Assembly: GCA_018883485.1 (NCBI GenBank)
Contig: VEQB01000001.1
Coordinates: forward strand, 1-26,593
DNA: 26,593 bases
Source of the DNA: Bacteroidota bacterium
GTDB lineage: Bacteria; Bacteroidota; Bacteroidia; UKL13-3
Reading direction: 5' to 3'
Shown here: one piece after another, positions 8,881-16,642 of the stretch
How the letters are laid out: each line of letters begins with the position of its first letter
Numbering within the stretch: the first letter of the stretch is position 1
Made by a program: the position numbers and the translations under genes
Notes under the pieces: model-generated
What the model saw: only the letters and a program-made list of their open reading frames with translations
Told to the model about the DNA's origin: nothing
Databases searched by the model: none

Positions 8881-10722
8881 ATGAAAAAAATCATTACAAC
8901 AAGTTTATTCATACTTATTGCAAGTATTGGATTTTCTCAAAACGCCCCAATTAACTTTGAGCCAGGCGGACAAGGCGCTGCTTGGACATGGACAATATTT
9001 GAAAATGCTTCTAATCCAACATTACAAATTGTTAGTAACCCTAGCGCTTCTGCGCCAAACACATCGAGCAATGTTGCAAAATTCACCGCATTACCAAGTG
9101 GTAAGCCTTGGGCAGGATGTGAGTCCGCTAAAGGAGCAACTCCAGATATTGGTACTTTTACTTTAACTGCCTCAAACGCTATTGTTAAGATGATGGTTTA
9201 TAAAAGTAAAATTAGCGATGTTGGAATTAAATTCGCAAAAAATGATAATTCAGCTATCCAGGAAATCAAAGTTGCTAACACCAAAATCAATGAATGGGAA
9301 GAATTAACATTTGATTTCACATCAAAAATTGGTACGCCAGAGGCATCTAACATTACCCAAATTGTAGTATTCCTAGATTTTTATGCTGGTGCTGCAGATA
9401 GAACTGATACTACTGTTTCTTATTTCGATAATATTACGTTTAATGCAGGAAGTACTTTAGCTGAACCAACTGTGTCTGCAATGGCCCCTACTAAACCTGC
9501 AGCCGATGTTATTTCATTGTTTAGTGGTGCATATAACAATGTTCTTGTTGATACTTGGAGAACAAGCTGGTCTAATGGTACCCTTACAGATATGAAAATA
9601 GGATCTGATTCTGTAAAAAAATATTCTGCTTTAGATTTTGTTGGTATCGAAACAATTGCTAATCAAATTAACATTAGCGCTATGGATATGTTTGAATTTG
9701 ACGTTTGGACTCCAAATTCTACCTCACTTAGGTTCAAATTGGTAGATTTTGGTGCAAATGGAACTTTTGGTGGTGGTGATGACAAAGAGCACGAAACTAC
9801 TGTTACTCCTACTATTAATGGTTGGTTTCATGTGGCAGTGCCAATAGCAAATATGACTGGCCTAACAACTAAATCAAATATTGCACAAATCATTTTTGCT
9901 AGTGCACCTGCTGGTACCTCTGTTGTTTATTTAGATAATATCATATTTAGTAAAGCTCCTGTATTGGCTGAACCAACTGTTGCTGCGCCAACACCTACTA
10001 AACCTGCTGCTGATGTTATTTCTTTGTTTAGTAACGCTTACACAAATGTAACTGTAGATACTTGGAGAACTTCATGGTCTGCAGCTACACTTACCGAAAT
10101 GAAAATTGGAACTGATGACATTAAAAAATACACTGCATTGGATTTTGTTGGTGTTGAAATGGTTGCCAATCAAATTAACATTACTGCAATGGATTCATTT
10201 GAATTTGATGTTTGGACCCCAAATTCTACATCACTTAGATTCAAATTGGTAGATTTTGGTGCTGATGGTGCTTTTGGTGGTGGTGATGACAAAGAACATG
10301 AAACCACTGTAACACCTACTTTAAATGGTTGGAATCACGTTTCAGCAGCAATTTCAGGTATGAGTGGCCTTACCACTAAAGCCAATATCGCTCAACTTGT
10401 TTTTGCAAGTGCGCCTGCAGGTACTTCAATCATATATGTAGATAACGTATTATTTAGCAAAAAGCCTGCAACAGGCATTGCTTCTATCGAAAAAGAAGTA
10501 ATGGGTGTTTATCCAAATCCTGCAAGCAATTCGTTAACTATTCATACCACTAAAGAAATTCAAAGTGTTGTTATCTACAATGCTTTAGGTCAGGTTGTAT
10601 TAACAGCATCACCAAATACCAATGATGTAAACCTTGATATTGCTAGCTTAACAAACGGTTTCTATACTGTTAAAGCTACTATCAATGGTGTAGCTACTTT
10701 CAAGAAAATTATCAAAGAATAA
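8881..10722 (+). CDS. T9SS-secreted protein with three CBM-like beta-sandwich modules (two are tandem repeats) and no recognisable catalytic domain
   Basis: Sec signal peptide, then a module ending WEELTFDF...YFDNITF, then two 169-aa repeats starting AEPTV.AP.PTKPAADVISLFS.AY, then a type A CTD (VYPNPAS...IYNALGQ...LTNGFY...KKIIKE). Confidence 0.85.
   Translation: MKKIITTSLFILIASIGFSQNAPINFEPGGQGAAWTWTIFENASNPTLQIVSNPSASAPNTSSNVAKFTALPSGKPWAGCESAKGATPDIGTFTLTASNAIVKMMVYKSKISDVGIKFAKNDNSAIQEIKVANTKINEWEELTFDFTSKIGTPEASNITQIVVFLDFYAGAADRTDTTVSYFDNITFNAGSTLAEPTVSAMAPTKPAADVISLFSGAYNNVLVDTWRTSWSNGTLTDMKIGSDSVKKYSALDFVGIETIANQINISAMDMFEFDVWTPNSTSLRFKLVDFGANGTFGGGDDKEHETTVTPTINGWFHVAVPIANMTGLTTKSNIAQIIFASAPAGTSVVYLDNIIFSKAPVLAEPTVAAPTPTKPAADVISLFSNAYTNVTVDTWRTSWSAATLTEMKIGTDDIKKYTALDFVGVEMVANQINITAMDSFEFDVWTPNSTSLRFKLVDFGADGAFGGGDDKEHETTVTPTLNGWNHVSAAISGMSGLTTKANIAQLVFASAPAGTSIIYVDNVLFSKKPATGIASIEKEVMGVYPNPASNSLTIHTTKEIQSVVIYNALGQVVLTASPNTNDVNLDIASLTNGFYTVKATINGVATFKKIIKE
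9460..10467 (+). repeat. Intragenic tandem duplication, two units with a 507-bp (169-codon) period
   Basis: GCTGAACCAACTGT starts at 9460 and 9967. Long near-identical DNA stretches are shared, e.g. TTCAAATTGGTAGATTTTGGTGC and GGTGGTGGTGATGACAAAGA. Confidence 0.92.
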
Positions 10723-10740
10723 TTTAGATTTTTAAATATT

Positions 10741-10778
10741 AAAAAAGGGCGATTAGTTAATTCTAATTGCCCTTTTTT
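10741..10778 (+). terminator. Intrinsic terminator downstream of the T9SS gene
   Basis: AAAAAAGGGCGATTAG-TTAATT-CTAATTGCCCTTTTTT hairpin with one G:U pair and a U-tail. Confidence 0.85.
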
Positions 10779-10888
10779 ATTTATGTTCATTTCTATTTCT
10801 AGTTTTAGTGAGGGCAACGTTTAGGTTTTTCTCTAATTCTATTTGCTTTTTCGCTCAGATGTGCTTCAATTTGTGAAAAACAAATACC

Positions 10889-11440
10889 TTGAAAATTATT
10901 GGCATAACCGGAACGCTTGGCGCAGGAAAAGGAACTATTGTTGAATACCTTGTGTCAAATTATGGGTTCAAACATTATTCTGTACGCAGCTATTTAATAG
11001 AATTGATTAAGGCTAAAGGCATAGAAGTAAATAGAGATAGCCTTACCCATACCGCAAATGAATTGAGGGCAGCAAATGGCCCTAGCTTTATTGCAGAACA
11101 ATTGTTTGCTCAAGCTTCGGCAAGTGGCACCAATTGTATTATAGAAAGTATTAGAACAGTTGGAGAAATTACCGCTTTAAAGGCTAAGGGAAACTTTACT
11201 TTATTCTCTGTAGATACGGAAAGAAAAATACGTTACAATCGCATCGTGCTGCGTGGTTCTGAAACTGATAAAATCCCTTATGAAGTATTTGAAGCAAATG
11301 AAGAACGAGAGTTAACAGCAACCGACCCTAATAAGCAGAACCTAAGCGCTTGTATGGCTTTGGCTGATTTTAACTTTAACAACAATGGCACTTTTGAAGA
11401 GCTATTTCAACAACTCGATGCCGTAATTAATAAGTTATAA
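10889..11440 (+). CDS. P-loop nucleotide kinase (NMP kinase / dephospho-CoA kinase-like, UPF0200-like)
   Basis: Walker A IGITGTLGAGKGT, IIESIR, R.IRYNRIVLRG and ADFNFNNNGT. TTG start. Confidence 0.75.
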   Translation: MKIIGITGTLGAGKGTIVEYLVSNYGFKHYSVRSYLIELIKAKGIEVNRDSLTHTANELRAANGPSFIAEQLFAQASASGTNCIIESIRTVGEITALKAKGNFTLFSVDTERKIRYNRIVLRGSETDKIPYEVFEANEERELTATDPNKQNLSACMALADFNFNNNGTFEELFQQLDAVINKL

Positions 11441-11442
11441 GT

Positions 11443-11943
11443 ATGAGTACAACTACAGAAAAATATGTTCGCCCTTCGTGGGATGAATATTTTATGGAAG
11501 TAATGGATGCCATTAGCAAACGCGCAACTTGTGGCCGCGGTAGAAGTGGCTGTGTAATCGCAAAAGGCAATCAGTTGTTGGTAACAGGGTATGTAGGTTC
11601 GCCCATTGGCTTACCGCATTGCGATGATGTGGGACACCAAATGAAAAAGGTAATTCATGAAGATGATAGCATCACAGAGCATTGTGTAAGAACGGTTCAT
11701 GCAGAACAAAATGCCATTTGCCAAGCAGCTAAGAGCGGAGTTGCCTTAGAGGGTTCAACATTATATTGCCGCATGACCCCTTGCAGGGTTTGTGCCATGT
11801 TGATTATTAACTGTGGAATTAAGCGCGTGGTGTGCGAAAGGAAGTACCATGCAGGCGTAGAAAGCGAAAGTATGTTTAAAGCTGCTGGGGTGAGTTTAGA
11901 ATATTTTCATGATGAGATTCAATCTTATGAGAAGCATAAATAA
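11443..11943 (+). CDS. Zn-dependent dCMP deaminase family protein
   Basis: RPSWDEYFM, RATC, zinc motifs HAEQNAI and PCRVC, IINCGIKRVV. Begins 2 bp after the kinase stop. Confidence 0.9.
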   Translation: MSTTTEKYVRPSWDEYFMEVMDAISKRATCGRGRSGCVIAKGNQLLVTGYVGSPIGLPHCDDVGHQMKKVIHEDDSITEHCVRTVHAEQNAICQAAKSGVALEGSTLYCRMTPCRVCAMLIINCGIKRVVCERKYHAGVESESMFKAAGVSLEYFHDEIQSYEKHK

Positions 11944-11946
11944 GCT

Positions 11947-12948
11947 TTAACGGAATACTTTATCCTTAAAATTTGAAACAATTTTTTCTATAATCGCTCC
12001 TGTTTGGTCTGGATAGTTTGCCTCAATTGCTTTACCATTTAACACCCAATTTTGTAAGATAGGAATGGTATCCGAATTTAATTTGTTTGCCACGGTAACA
12101 CCAATTTGTTTCATGGCTGCGGCGTTACATAGTTGTTCATATTGGTTATAAAGAGGGATAGCAAATACTTTCTTTTTTAGGAAAATTGCTTCAGCAGGAC
12201 CCTCAAATCCGCCAGCAGTTAGTAGCCCGTTTCCACTGGCTAGGCTTTTTGTAAATGCTTCATTTTCTATTGGGAAAATATGAACATGTTCATGCCTTTT
12301 GGAAACTTTAGCTTCTTTAGAAAAAACTTGCCATTGTATATCTTTAATAGGTGATAAATGCTTAAGTATGGCGGCATCGCTATGCCCAGTTAAGTAAACT
12401 GTAATATGCTCTTTATTGCCTATTTCTCTATTCCTAATCTCACTTCTAATAACTGGGGTATAAATAAAATCATCAAAACGCTCAAAGTGAAATCCTATGG
12501 CTAGCTTAACTGGAGCATAATTTTTAAGTACTGTCTCGCCAAACCAGTTTCTGTTTATAGGTCGTGGACATTTATCCGAAAGAAAGGAGGCTTGATGACT
12601 CAGCGCAATACAAGGTTTCTTTTTAATCTTACAGGCCCACGCTGTGATAGGTTCAAAATCATTGATAATTAAATCATAGTTCTCTATTGGAAAGTGGAGT
12701 ATATCTTTCAAAAGGCGTATAGGTTTGAACTCCTTTATAGAGGCTAACAGGTTAACATTTCCATGTGTACCAAAGCTAAAACTTAAACCATGTTTTTTGT
12801 ATTTTATGAGTTGGGTTAGCGAAACGTTAGCTTGTGTGCCACTTACCAATATATCCAATTCGCCATGTTGAAGTAGATGGGGAATGATTTCTCTAGCCCT
12901 ACTTAGATGACCATTACCGGTCCCCTGTATGGCGTATAATATTTTCAT
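11947..12948 (-). CDS. GT-B glycosyltransferase, MJ1255/VC2487 type
   Basis: MKILYAIQGTGNGHLSRAR, DLIINDFEPITAWA, AGGFEGPAEA and QYEQLCNAAA. Confidence 0.85.
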   Translation of the reverse strand: MKILYAIQGTGNGHLSRAREIIPHLLQHGELDILVSGTQANVSLTQLIKYKKHGLSFSFGTHGNVNLLASIKEFKPIRLLKDILHFPIENYDLIINDFEPITAWACKIKKKPCIALSHQASFLSDKCPRPINRNWFGETVLKNYAPVKLAIGFHFERFDDFIYTPVIRSEIRNREIGNKEHITVYLTGHSDAAILKHLSPIKDIQWQVFSKEAKVSKRHEHVHIFPIENEAFTKSLASGNGLLTAGGFEGPAEAIFLKKKVFAIPLYNQYEQLCNAAAMKQIGVTVANKLNSDTIPILQNWVLNGKAIEANYPDQTGAIIEKIVSNFKDKVFR

Positions 12949-13759
12949 AGAGTGCGTTCATATGGGGAAGATCTAGTTTTTGCGACTCTTCCAAATCGGG
13001 TTCTTTTTGATGCACATAATCGGTTTGATGGTTGTACAACGACCAATTTCCATCTACGTATTCTAAAGCAGTTAAGTTCTCTATCCAATCCCCAGAATTA
13101 AGATAGAGAACGCTTCCCTTTTCATTAGTATAAGTTGCAATAGCAGGTTGGTGTATATGGCCGCAAATTACATAATCATACCCATTTTGTATAGCAATGT
13201 CGGTAGCTGTTTGTTCAAAATCACTAATAAACTTAATGGCGCCTTTTACACTATTCTTTATTTTTTTAGAAAGTGAAATGGGGCCTTGACCCAATTTTTG
13301 GCTTAGAAAGTTAATAAATGAATTGATAATTATAAGCGTATCATAACCTACTGCACCAAGTTTTGCCAACCATTTAGAATGTTTCATGGTAATATCAAAT
13401 ATGTCTCCATGAAAAATCCATGCTTGTTTACCATCAATATCTAACTTGAGTTTATTGTCTATAGTTAGGTTTCCTAAATTTAAATCTCCAAACTTTCTAA
13501 CCATTTCATCGTGGTTTCCGGTTAGGTAATAAACCTTAGTGCCATTGGCAAGCAATTTAAAGATACGATGAATTACCTTCATGTGTGTATCTGGAAAGTA
13601 GCTTTTGCTAAATTGCCAAATATCAATTATATCTCCATTTAGTACTAAGATTTCTGGGTCTATTGATTTAAGGTAACGGTTGAGTTCCTTAGCGCGGCAG
13701 CCGTATGTGCCCAAATGAACATCCGAAATAACGGCAAGATATAGTTTCCTTTTTTCCAA
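12914..13759 (-). CDS. Calcineurin-like metallophosphoesterase of the LpxH/PlcP (UDP-2,3-diacylglucosamine hydrolase-like) group
   Basis: ISDVHLG, LNGDIIDIW, GNHDE, FHGD.FD, CGHIHQP and NSGDWIENLTALE. TTG start; overlaps the glycosyltransferase start by 35 bp. Confidence 0.88.
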   Translation of the reverse strand: MEKRKLYLAVISDVHLGTYGCRAKELNRYLKSIDPEILVLNGDIIDIWQFSKSYFPDTHMKVIHRIFKLLANGTKVYYLTGNHDEMVRKFGDLNLGNLTIDNKLKLDIDGKQAWIFHGDIFDITMKHSKWLAKLGAVGYDTLIIINSFINFLSQKLGQGPISLSKKIKNSVKGAIKFISDFEQTATDIAIQNGYDYVICGHIHQPAIATYTNEKGSVLYLNSGDWIENLTALEYVDGNWSLYNHQTDYVHQKEPDLEESQKLDLPHMNALYENIIRHTGDR

Positions 13760-13785
13760 AAAATGGAATGCTAATATTCCGAATT

Positions 13786-13793
13786 CAAAAGTA
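13786..13793 (-). promoter_or_regulatory. Bacteroidota -7 promoter element for the phosphoesterase/glycosyltransferase operon
   Basis: TACTTTTG on the minus strand matches TAnnTTTG, 26 nt upstream of the start codon. Confidence 0.55.
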
Positions 13794-13850
13794 GCTGCAA
13801 GGAGGTTGTATAATTGTTAAGCAAATATGAAATTAAGGTTAACCCAAGTT

Positions 13851-14321
13851 TCAATCTTTAGGTTTTGCATGAAATTTAAGTTGTAAACCCATTAGAAAAT
13901 TTCGTAAAATTTGATCTTTACAAACTCTAAACTGTTCTTGTTCTGGCTTGCGAAATAGCGCACTTAGTTCGTGTTTGCTAAAATTAAAATCTGCTAATGC
14001 TAGTATTTGAAGAATGTCTTCATCCTTTAGGTTCAAGGCTATTTTTAACTTGCGAAAAATGATATTGTTGTTCAAGCTTTTTTCGGGCTTTGGTACTTCA
14101 CCTTCCTTCTTGCCTCTTTTTTGAATAATTAATCCGTTTAGAAAAGCAGCTAAATCTATATCATAAATAGGTTTACATTCTGGGTCGTCTTCCTTTTTGA
14201 GCCAATTACTTATCTGCTCTCTGCTGGCAACCAACCCTCCATCTGCAAAAAGTGCCATCATTTGGGTGTCGTTAAAGCTAAATGTAAAGCGCAAGCGGCG
14301 TAAAATGTCGTTGTTATTCAT
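13851..14321 (-). CDS. yehS: DUF1456 / YehS family protein
   Basis: MNNNDILRRLR, LAAFLNGLIIQKRG, LNNNIIFRKLKIAL, SKHELSALFRK and CKDQILRNFL.G. Confidence 0.9.
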   Translation of the reverse strand: MNNNDILRRLRFTFSFNDTQMMALFADGGLVASREQISNWLKKEDDPECKPIYDIDLAAFLNGLIIQKRGKKEGEVPKPEKSLNNNIIFRKLKIALNLKDEDILQILALADFNFSKHELSALFRKPEQEQFRVCKDQILRNFLMGLQLKFHAKPKD

Positions 14322-14332
14322 AGTTGGTTTGG

Positions 14333-14340
14333 CAAATATA
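14333..14340 (-). promoter_or_regulatory. Bacteroidota -7 promoter element for the DUF1456 gene
   Basis: TATATTTG on the minus strand, 11 nt upstream of the ATG. Confidence 0.6.
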
Positions 14341-14383
14341 AGTTTTGAAATTCAACGTTTATTTTTAAATTCGTTATTAAAAT

Positions 14384-15083
14384 ATGAGAAGGGTAGTAAT
14401 TTTTTTTTGTGTTAGTTTTGGCTTTGCCTTATTCTTCTTGGTCCCAAAGCCATTATTTTGGCATGCAAATGGGGTTAAATATTTCTGACTATAATCCGAT
14501 TGAAAATGAAGTATTAAAAACAAAAGGTTTAGAAAGTTTTGCTTATGGTCTAACGTATGAATTTGGATTTAAGAACGGATTAACTATTAATTCGGGTTTG
14601 GGTTTTATTCAAAAGGGATTTATTGGTTATGGTCAATTTGAAACTTATTATTCTGTTCCTGTAGATCCAAATAGTTCAATTGAGAATGTTTATAAATATC
14701 TTGCACTGCCAGTAAGTATTGGTTACAAATTTGGTCGCGACATTAAAATGACAGTTGCTTTAGGTGCAAATACAGGGTATAAAATTCAATCTTATACTAA
14801 AATTCCTTATGAAGCTTTTGGGAGTCGTAGTGGTGTTGATTTAGTTCTTGAAACCACAGAAACTGATTTGCCAATAGATATCTCATTAATGGGTATTCTG
14901 GGTGCGGAATATAAATTACTAAGTCAGGTGTATTTGACTTTTAATGTCAATTATCAAAAAGGTTTAGTTGAAGAGTTTTTTTATGAGGTTGGAAGTACTT
15001 CAGGCGGTTTTCACCATAAGTCAGTTGGTTTTAATCTCGGTTTAAAGGTTGCATTAGGAAATAGTATTAATAATTTTCAATGA
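14384..15083 (+). CDS. Outer-membrane beta-barrel (PorT / OMP_b-brl_2-like) protein whose likely ATG and signal peptide are separated from the main frame by a +1 shift in a T9 tract
   Basis: Main frame 14409-15083 has alternating aromatic/hydrophobic beta-strand motifs (FGMQMGLN, GLTYEFGF, GLGFIQKG, YLALPVSIGYKF, GFNLGLKV). ATG 14384 is in another frame; removing one T from 14400-14408 gives MRRVVIFFVLVLALPYSSWSQ. Confidence 0.7.
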
Positions 15084-15150
15084 TTTTTCGTCATTAAATC
15101 ATATTTTTTAATGAATGGTTTGGTTATCTTCCTCAGGTAATTATAATCAC

Positions 15151-15561
15151 ATGAAAATTAACATTGAAGCCAGCAGCACGATAGCTGAAATTCAGCAAGC
15201 ATTTCACAAGTATTTTCCATTTTTAAAAATCGAGTTTTATAAAGATGGTCATCAGCAAGGCGAAGGCTCTCTTAAAGAGAATACCCTTAATTCGCAGGAA
15301 ATATTAGGAGAGGTTTATACCAATTTTAAACCAGGCGTTTTGCAGCTGAGCGAAGATATGACAGTAAGCGAACTGGAGAACAGCTTTTCTAACGATTTTA
15401 AAGCTTCTGTGCAAGTATTTCATCTGTCTGGCAATCTCTGGTTACAAACCACACGTACAGATCATTTAACCTTGGCTGCCCAAAATGAAAGTGCTAAAGA
15501 CAAGGGCTTAAGAAATGCAGAGCCTATGGTTGATCCAATGGATAGAAGTGAATTGGAGTAA
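15151..15561 (+). CDS. Conserved-looking hypothetical protein of Bacteroidota
   Basis: Clean ORF with FPFLKIEFY, MTVSELE..F, VQVF..SGNLWLQTT.TD.LTL..QN, a pattern I recall from uncharacterised Bacteroidota proteins. ATG 15151 preferred over 15115. Confidence 0.7.
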   Translation: MKINIEASSTIAEIQQAFHKYFPFLKIEFYKDGHQQGEGSLKENTLNSQEILGEVYTNFKPGVLQLSEDMTVSELENSFSNDFKASVQVFHLSGNLWLQTTRTDHLTLAAQNESAKDKGLRNAEPMVDPMDRSELE

Positions 15562-15632
15562 ATGCAATTCCCTGACTTGGAATGGTGAAATTTTGTAGTA
15601 AAATTGCATGGGTATTTAGTGCAATTAAAGAA

Positions 15633-16367
15633 ATGATAAAACAAATTTTAAAAGGTGCTGCAAATCAGTTTGGGAGAGAATTTGGGCGAGCAGGCGCCAA
15701 TCAAATATTAAAGGGTTCAAATTCTTATAATATTACCAATAATAAAGGAAAATATGAAGGAAGAATTAAATCTAGCGACAGTAGTTCTATCAAAATTTAT
15801 AAGGAAATTGAAAAAATTGATTTTGTATCAACAAACAAAGCAAATACCACAAGATTAATTTTAATGATTGATAGTTTTAGTTCTCTATTCAATTTTAAAG
15901 GTGAAGAAACATTAAATGAACTTAACAACATTGTAGATGTGATTAATTTGTTTAGTAACAAATATGAACTTGGACTTAGTTTAATTGATAATTCTTTTGA
16001 GGATAAAATTTTTGATTTATTTAAATTAAAAAGAAGCGAGTTAATATTAAAAATAAGGCAGTTTAATGAGAACCTTAAAAATTATGTTCAATCTAATTTA
16101 GAGGAAGCAGAGAAAAGATTAAAAAACAAAAAAACAGCCATAATTTTAACGATACCCTTGTTGGGAATACAATCGTGGTATTTAGGGGTGCCAGCATTTA
16201 CTATCCTTTCAATTTTGTTCTGTTGGACCATTATTCCGCCCCTCATAAATCTCTTCACGTTTTTTAAGCTCTTATTTATAAGCAAAGAAAAATTTGATTC
16301 AGAATACAATACAAATTATATTTTCCTAAAACAGTTTGAACACGTAGAAATTAATGTTGTAATTTAA
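15633..16367 (+). CDS. AT-rich hypothetical membrane protein with a C-terminal TM2 (NINE)-like domain
   Basis: C-terminus KNKKTAIILTIPLLGIQSWYLG...SILFCWTIIP.LI.....LLFISKEKFDSEYN follows the TM2 pattern (K....A..L...G...FYLG......FCWT.IP.........F...YN). ATG 15633 preferred over 15582. Confidence 0.65.
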   Translation: MIKQILKGAANQFGREFGRAGANQILKGSNSYNITNNKGKYEGRIKSSDSSSIKIYKEIEKIDFVSTNKANTTRLILMIDSFSSLFNFKGEETLNELNNIVDVINLFSNKYELGLSLIDNSFEDKIFDLFKLKRSELILKIRQFNENLKNYVQSNLEEAEKRLKNKKTAIILTIPLLGIQSWYLGVPAFTILSILFCWTIIPPLINLFTFFKLLFISKEKFDSEYNTNYIFLKQFEHVEINVVI

Positions 16368-16490
16368 GAGAAACTTAGAACTAACGTTTATTTATAAAAC
16401 TTCAAATCCATTTTAAGGAAATTTGGACTAGTGCTTCAATTTTATAACCAAAAAAATTACCTGATAGCCAAAAGTTTCAGTATTAAAAAC

Positions 16491-16525
16491 AAAAAAGCCT
16501 TGAATAAACTAATATTCAGGGCTTT
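16491..16525 (-). terminator. Intrinsic terminator downstream of tRNA-Phe (possibly bidirectional)
   Basis: AAAGCCTTGAATA-AACTAA-TATTCAGGGCTTT, 12 of 13 arm positions match, with an A-run on the left giving a U-tail on the minus strand. Confidence 0.7.
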
Positions 16526-16539
16526 ATGTTTTTTATTTG

Positions 16540-16612
16540 TGGTGTGGGAGGGAATCGAACCCCCGACACGAAGATTTTCAGTCTTCTGCTCTACCGACTG
16601 AGCTACCGCACC
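16540..16612 (-). tRNA. trnF: tRNA-Phe (GAA), CCA not encoded
   Basis: Minus strand GGTGCGGTAGCTCAGTCGGTAGAGCAGAAGACTGAAAATCTTCGTGTCGGGGGTTCGATTCCCTCCCACACCA, 73 nt. D arm AGCTCAG..GGTAGAGC, anticodon arm GAAGA-CTGAAAA-TCTTC, T loop TTCGATT. Confidence 0.97.
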
Positions 16613-16642
16613 TTTTCTTCTTTTTTTACGAGAAGAGGAGTG

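Noticed and set aside
9460-10467. Repeated sequence considered as a CRISPR array or mobile element
   Set aside because: It is an in-frame 507-bp protein-domain duplication with synonymous divergence and no repeat-spacer structure.
10784-10825. 13-codon ORF MFISISSFSEGNV after the terminator
   Set aside because: No promoter element or terminator of its own and no compositional signal.
10818-10828. Second GT-N7-AC match (GTGAGGGCAAC) upstream of the kinase gene
   Set aside because: The flanks are not palindromic, and the 4-base core alone occurs often by chance.
14197-14415. 72-aa plus-strand ORF that might supply the missing N-terminus of the barrel gene
   Set aside because: It is antisense to DUF1456, stops at 14415 in a third frame, and has no signal-peptide character.
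15091-15114. TCATTAAA-N8-TTTAATGA inverted repeat after the barrel gene
   Set aside because: Almost all A/T, weak as a hairpin and without a U-tail; could be an operator but is unsupported.
16394-16448. Loose inverted and direct repeats (TTATAAAA...TTTTATAA, CTTCAA twice) between the TM2 gene and the tRNA
   Set aside because: Short, AT-rich and poorly paired in between; not distinguishable from chance.
15561-16540. Possible attL/attR duplication of the tRNA 3' end marking an integrated element
   Set aside because: Only a 5-mer (TGGTG near 15582) matches, and no integrase gene is in the window.
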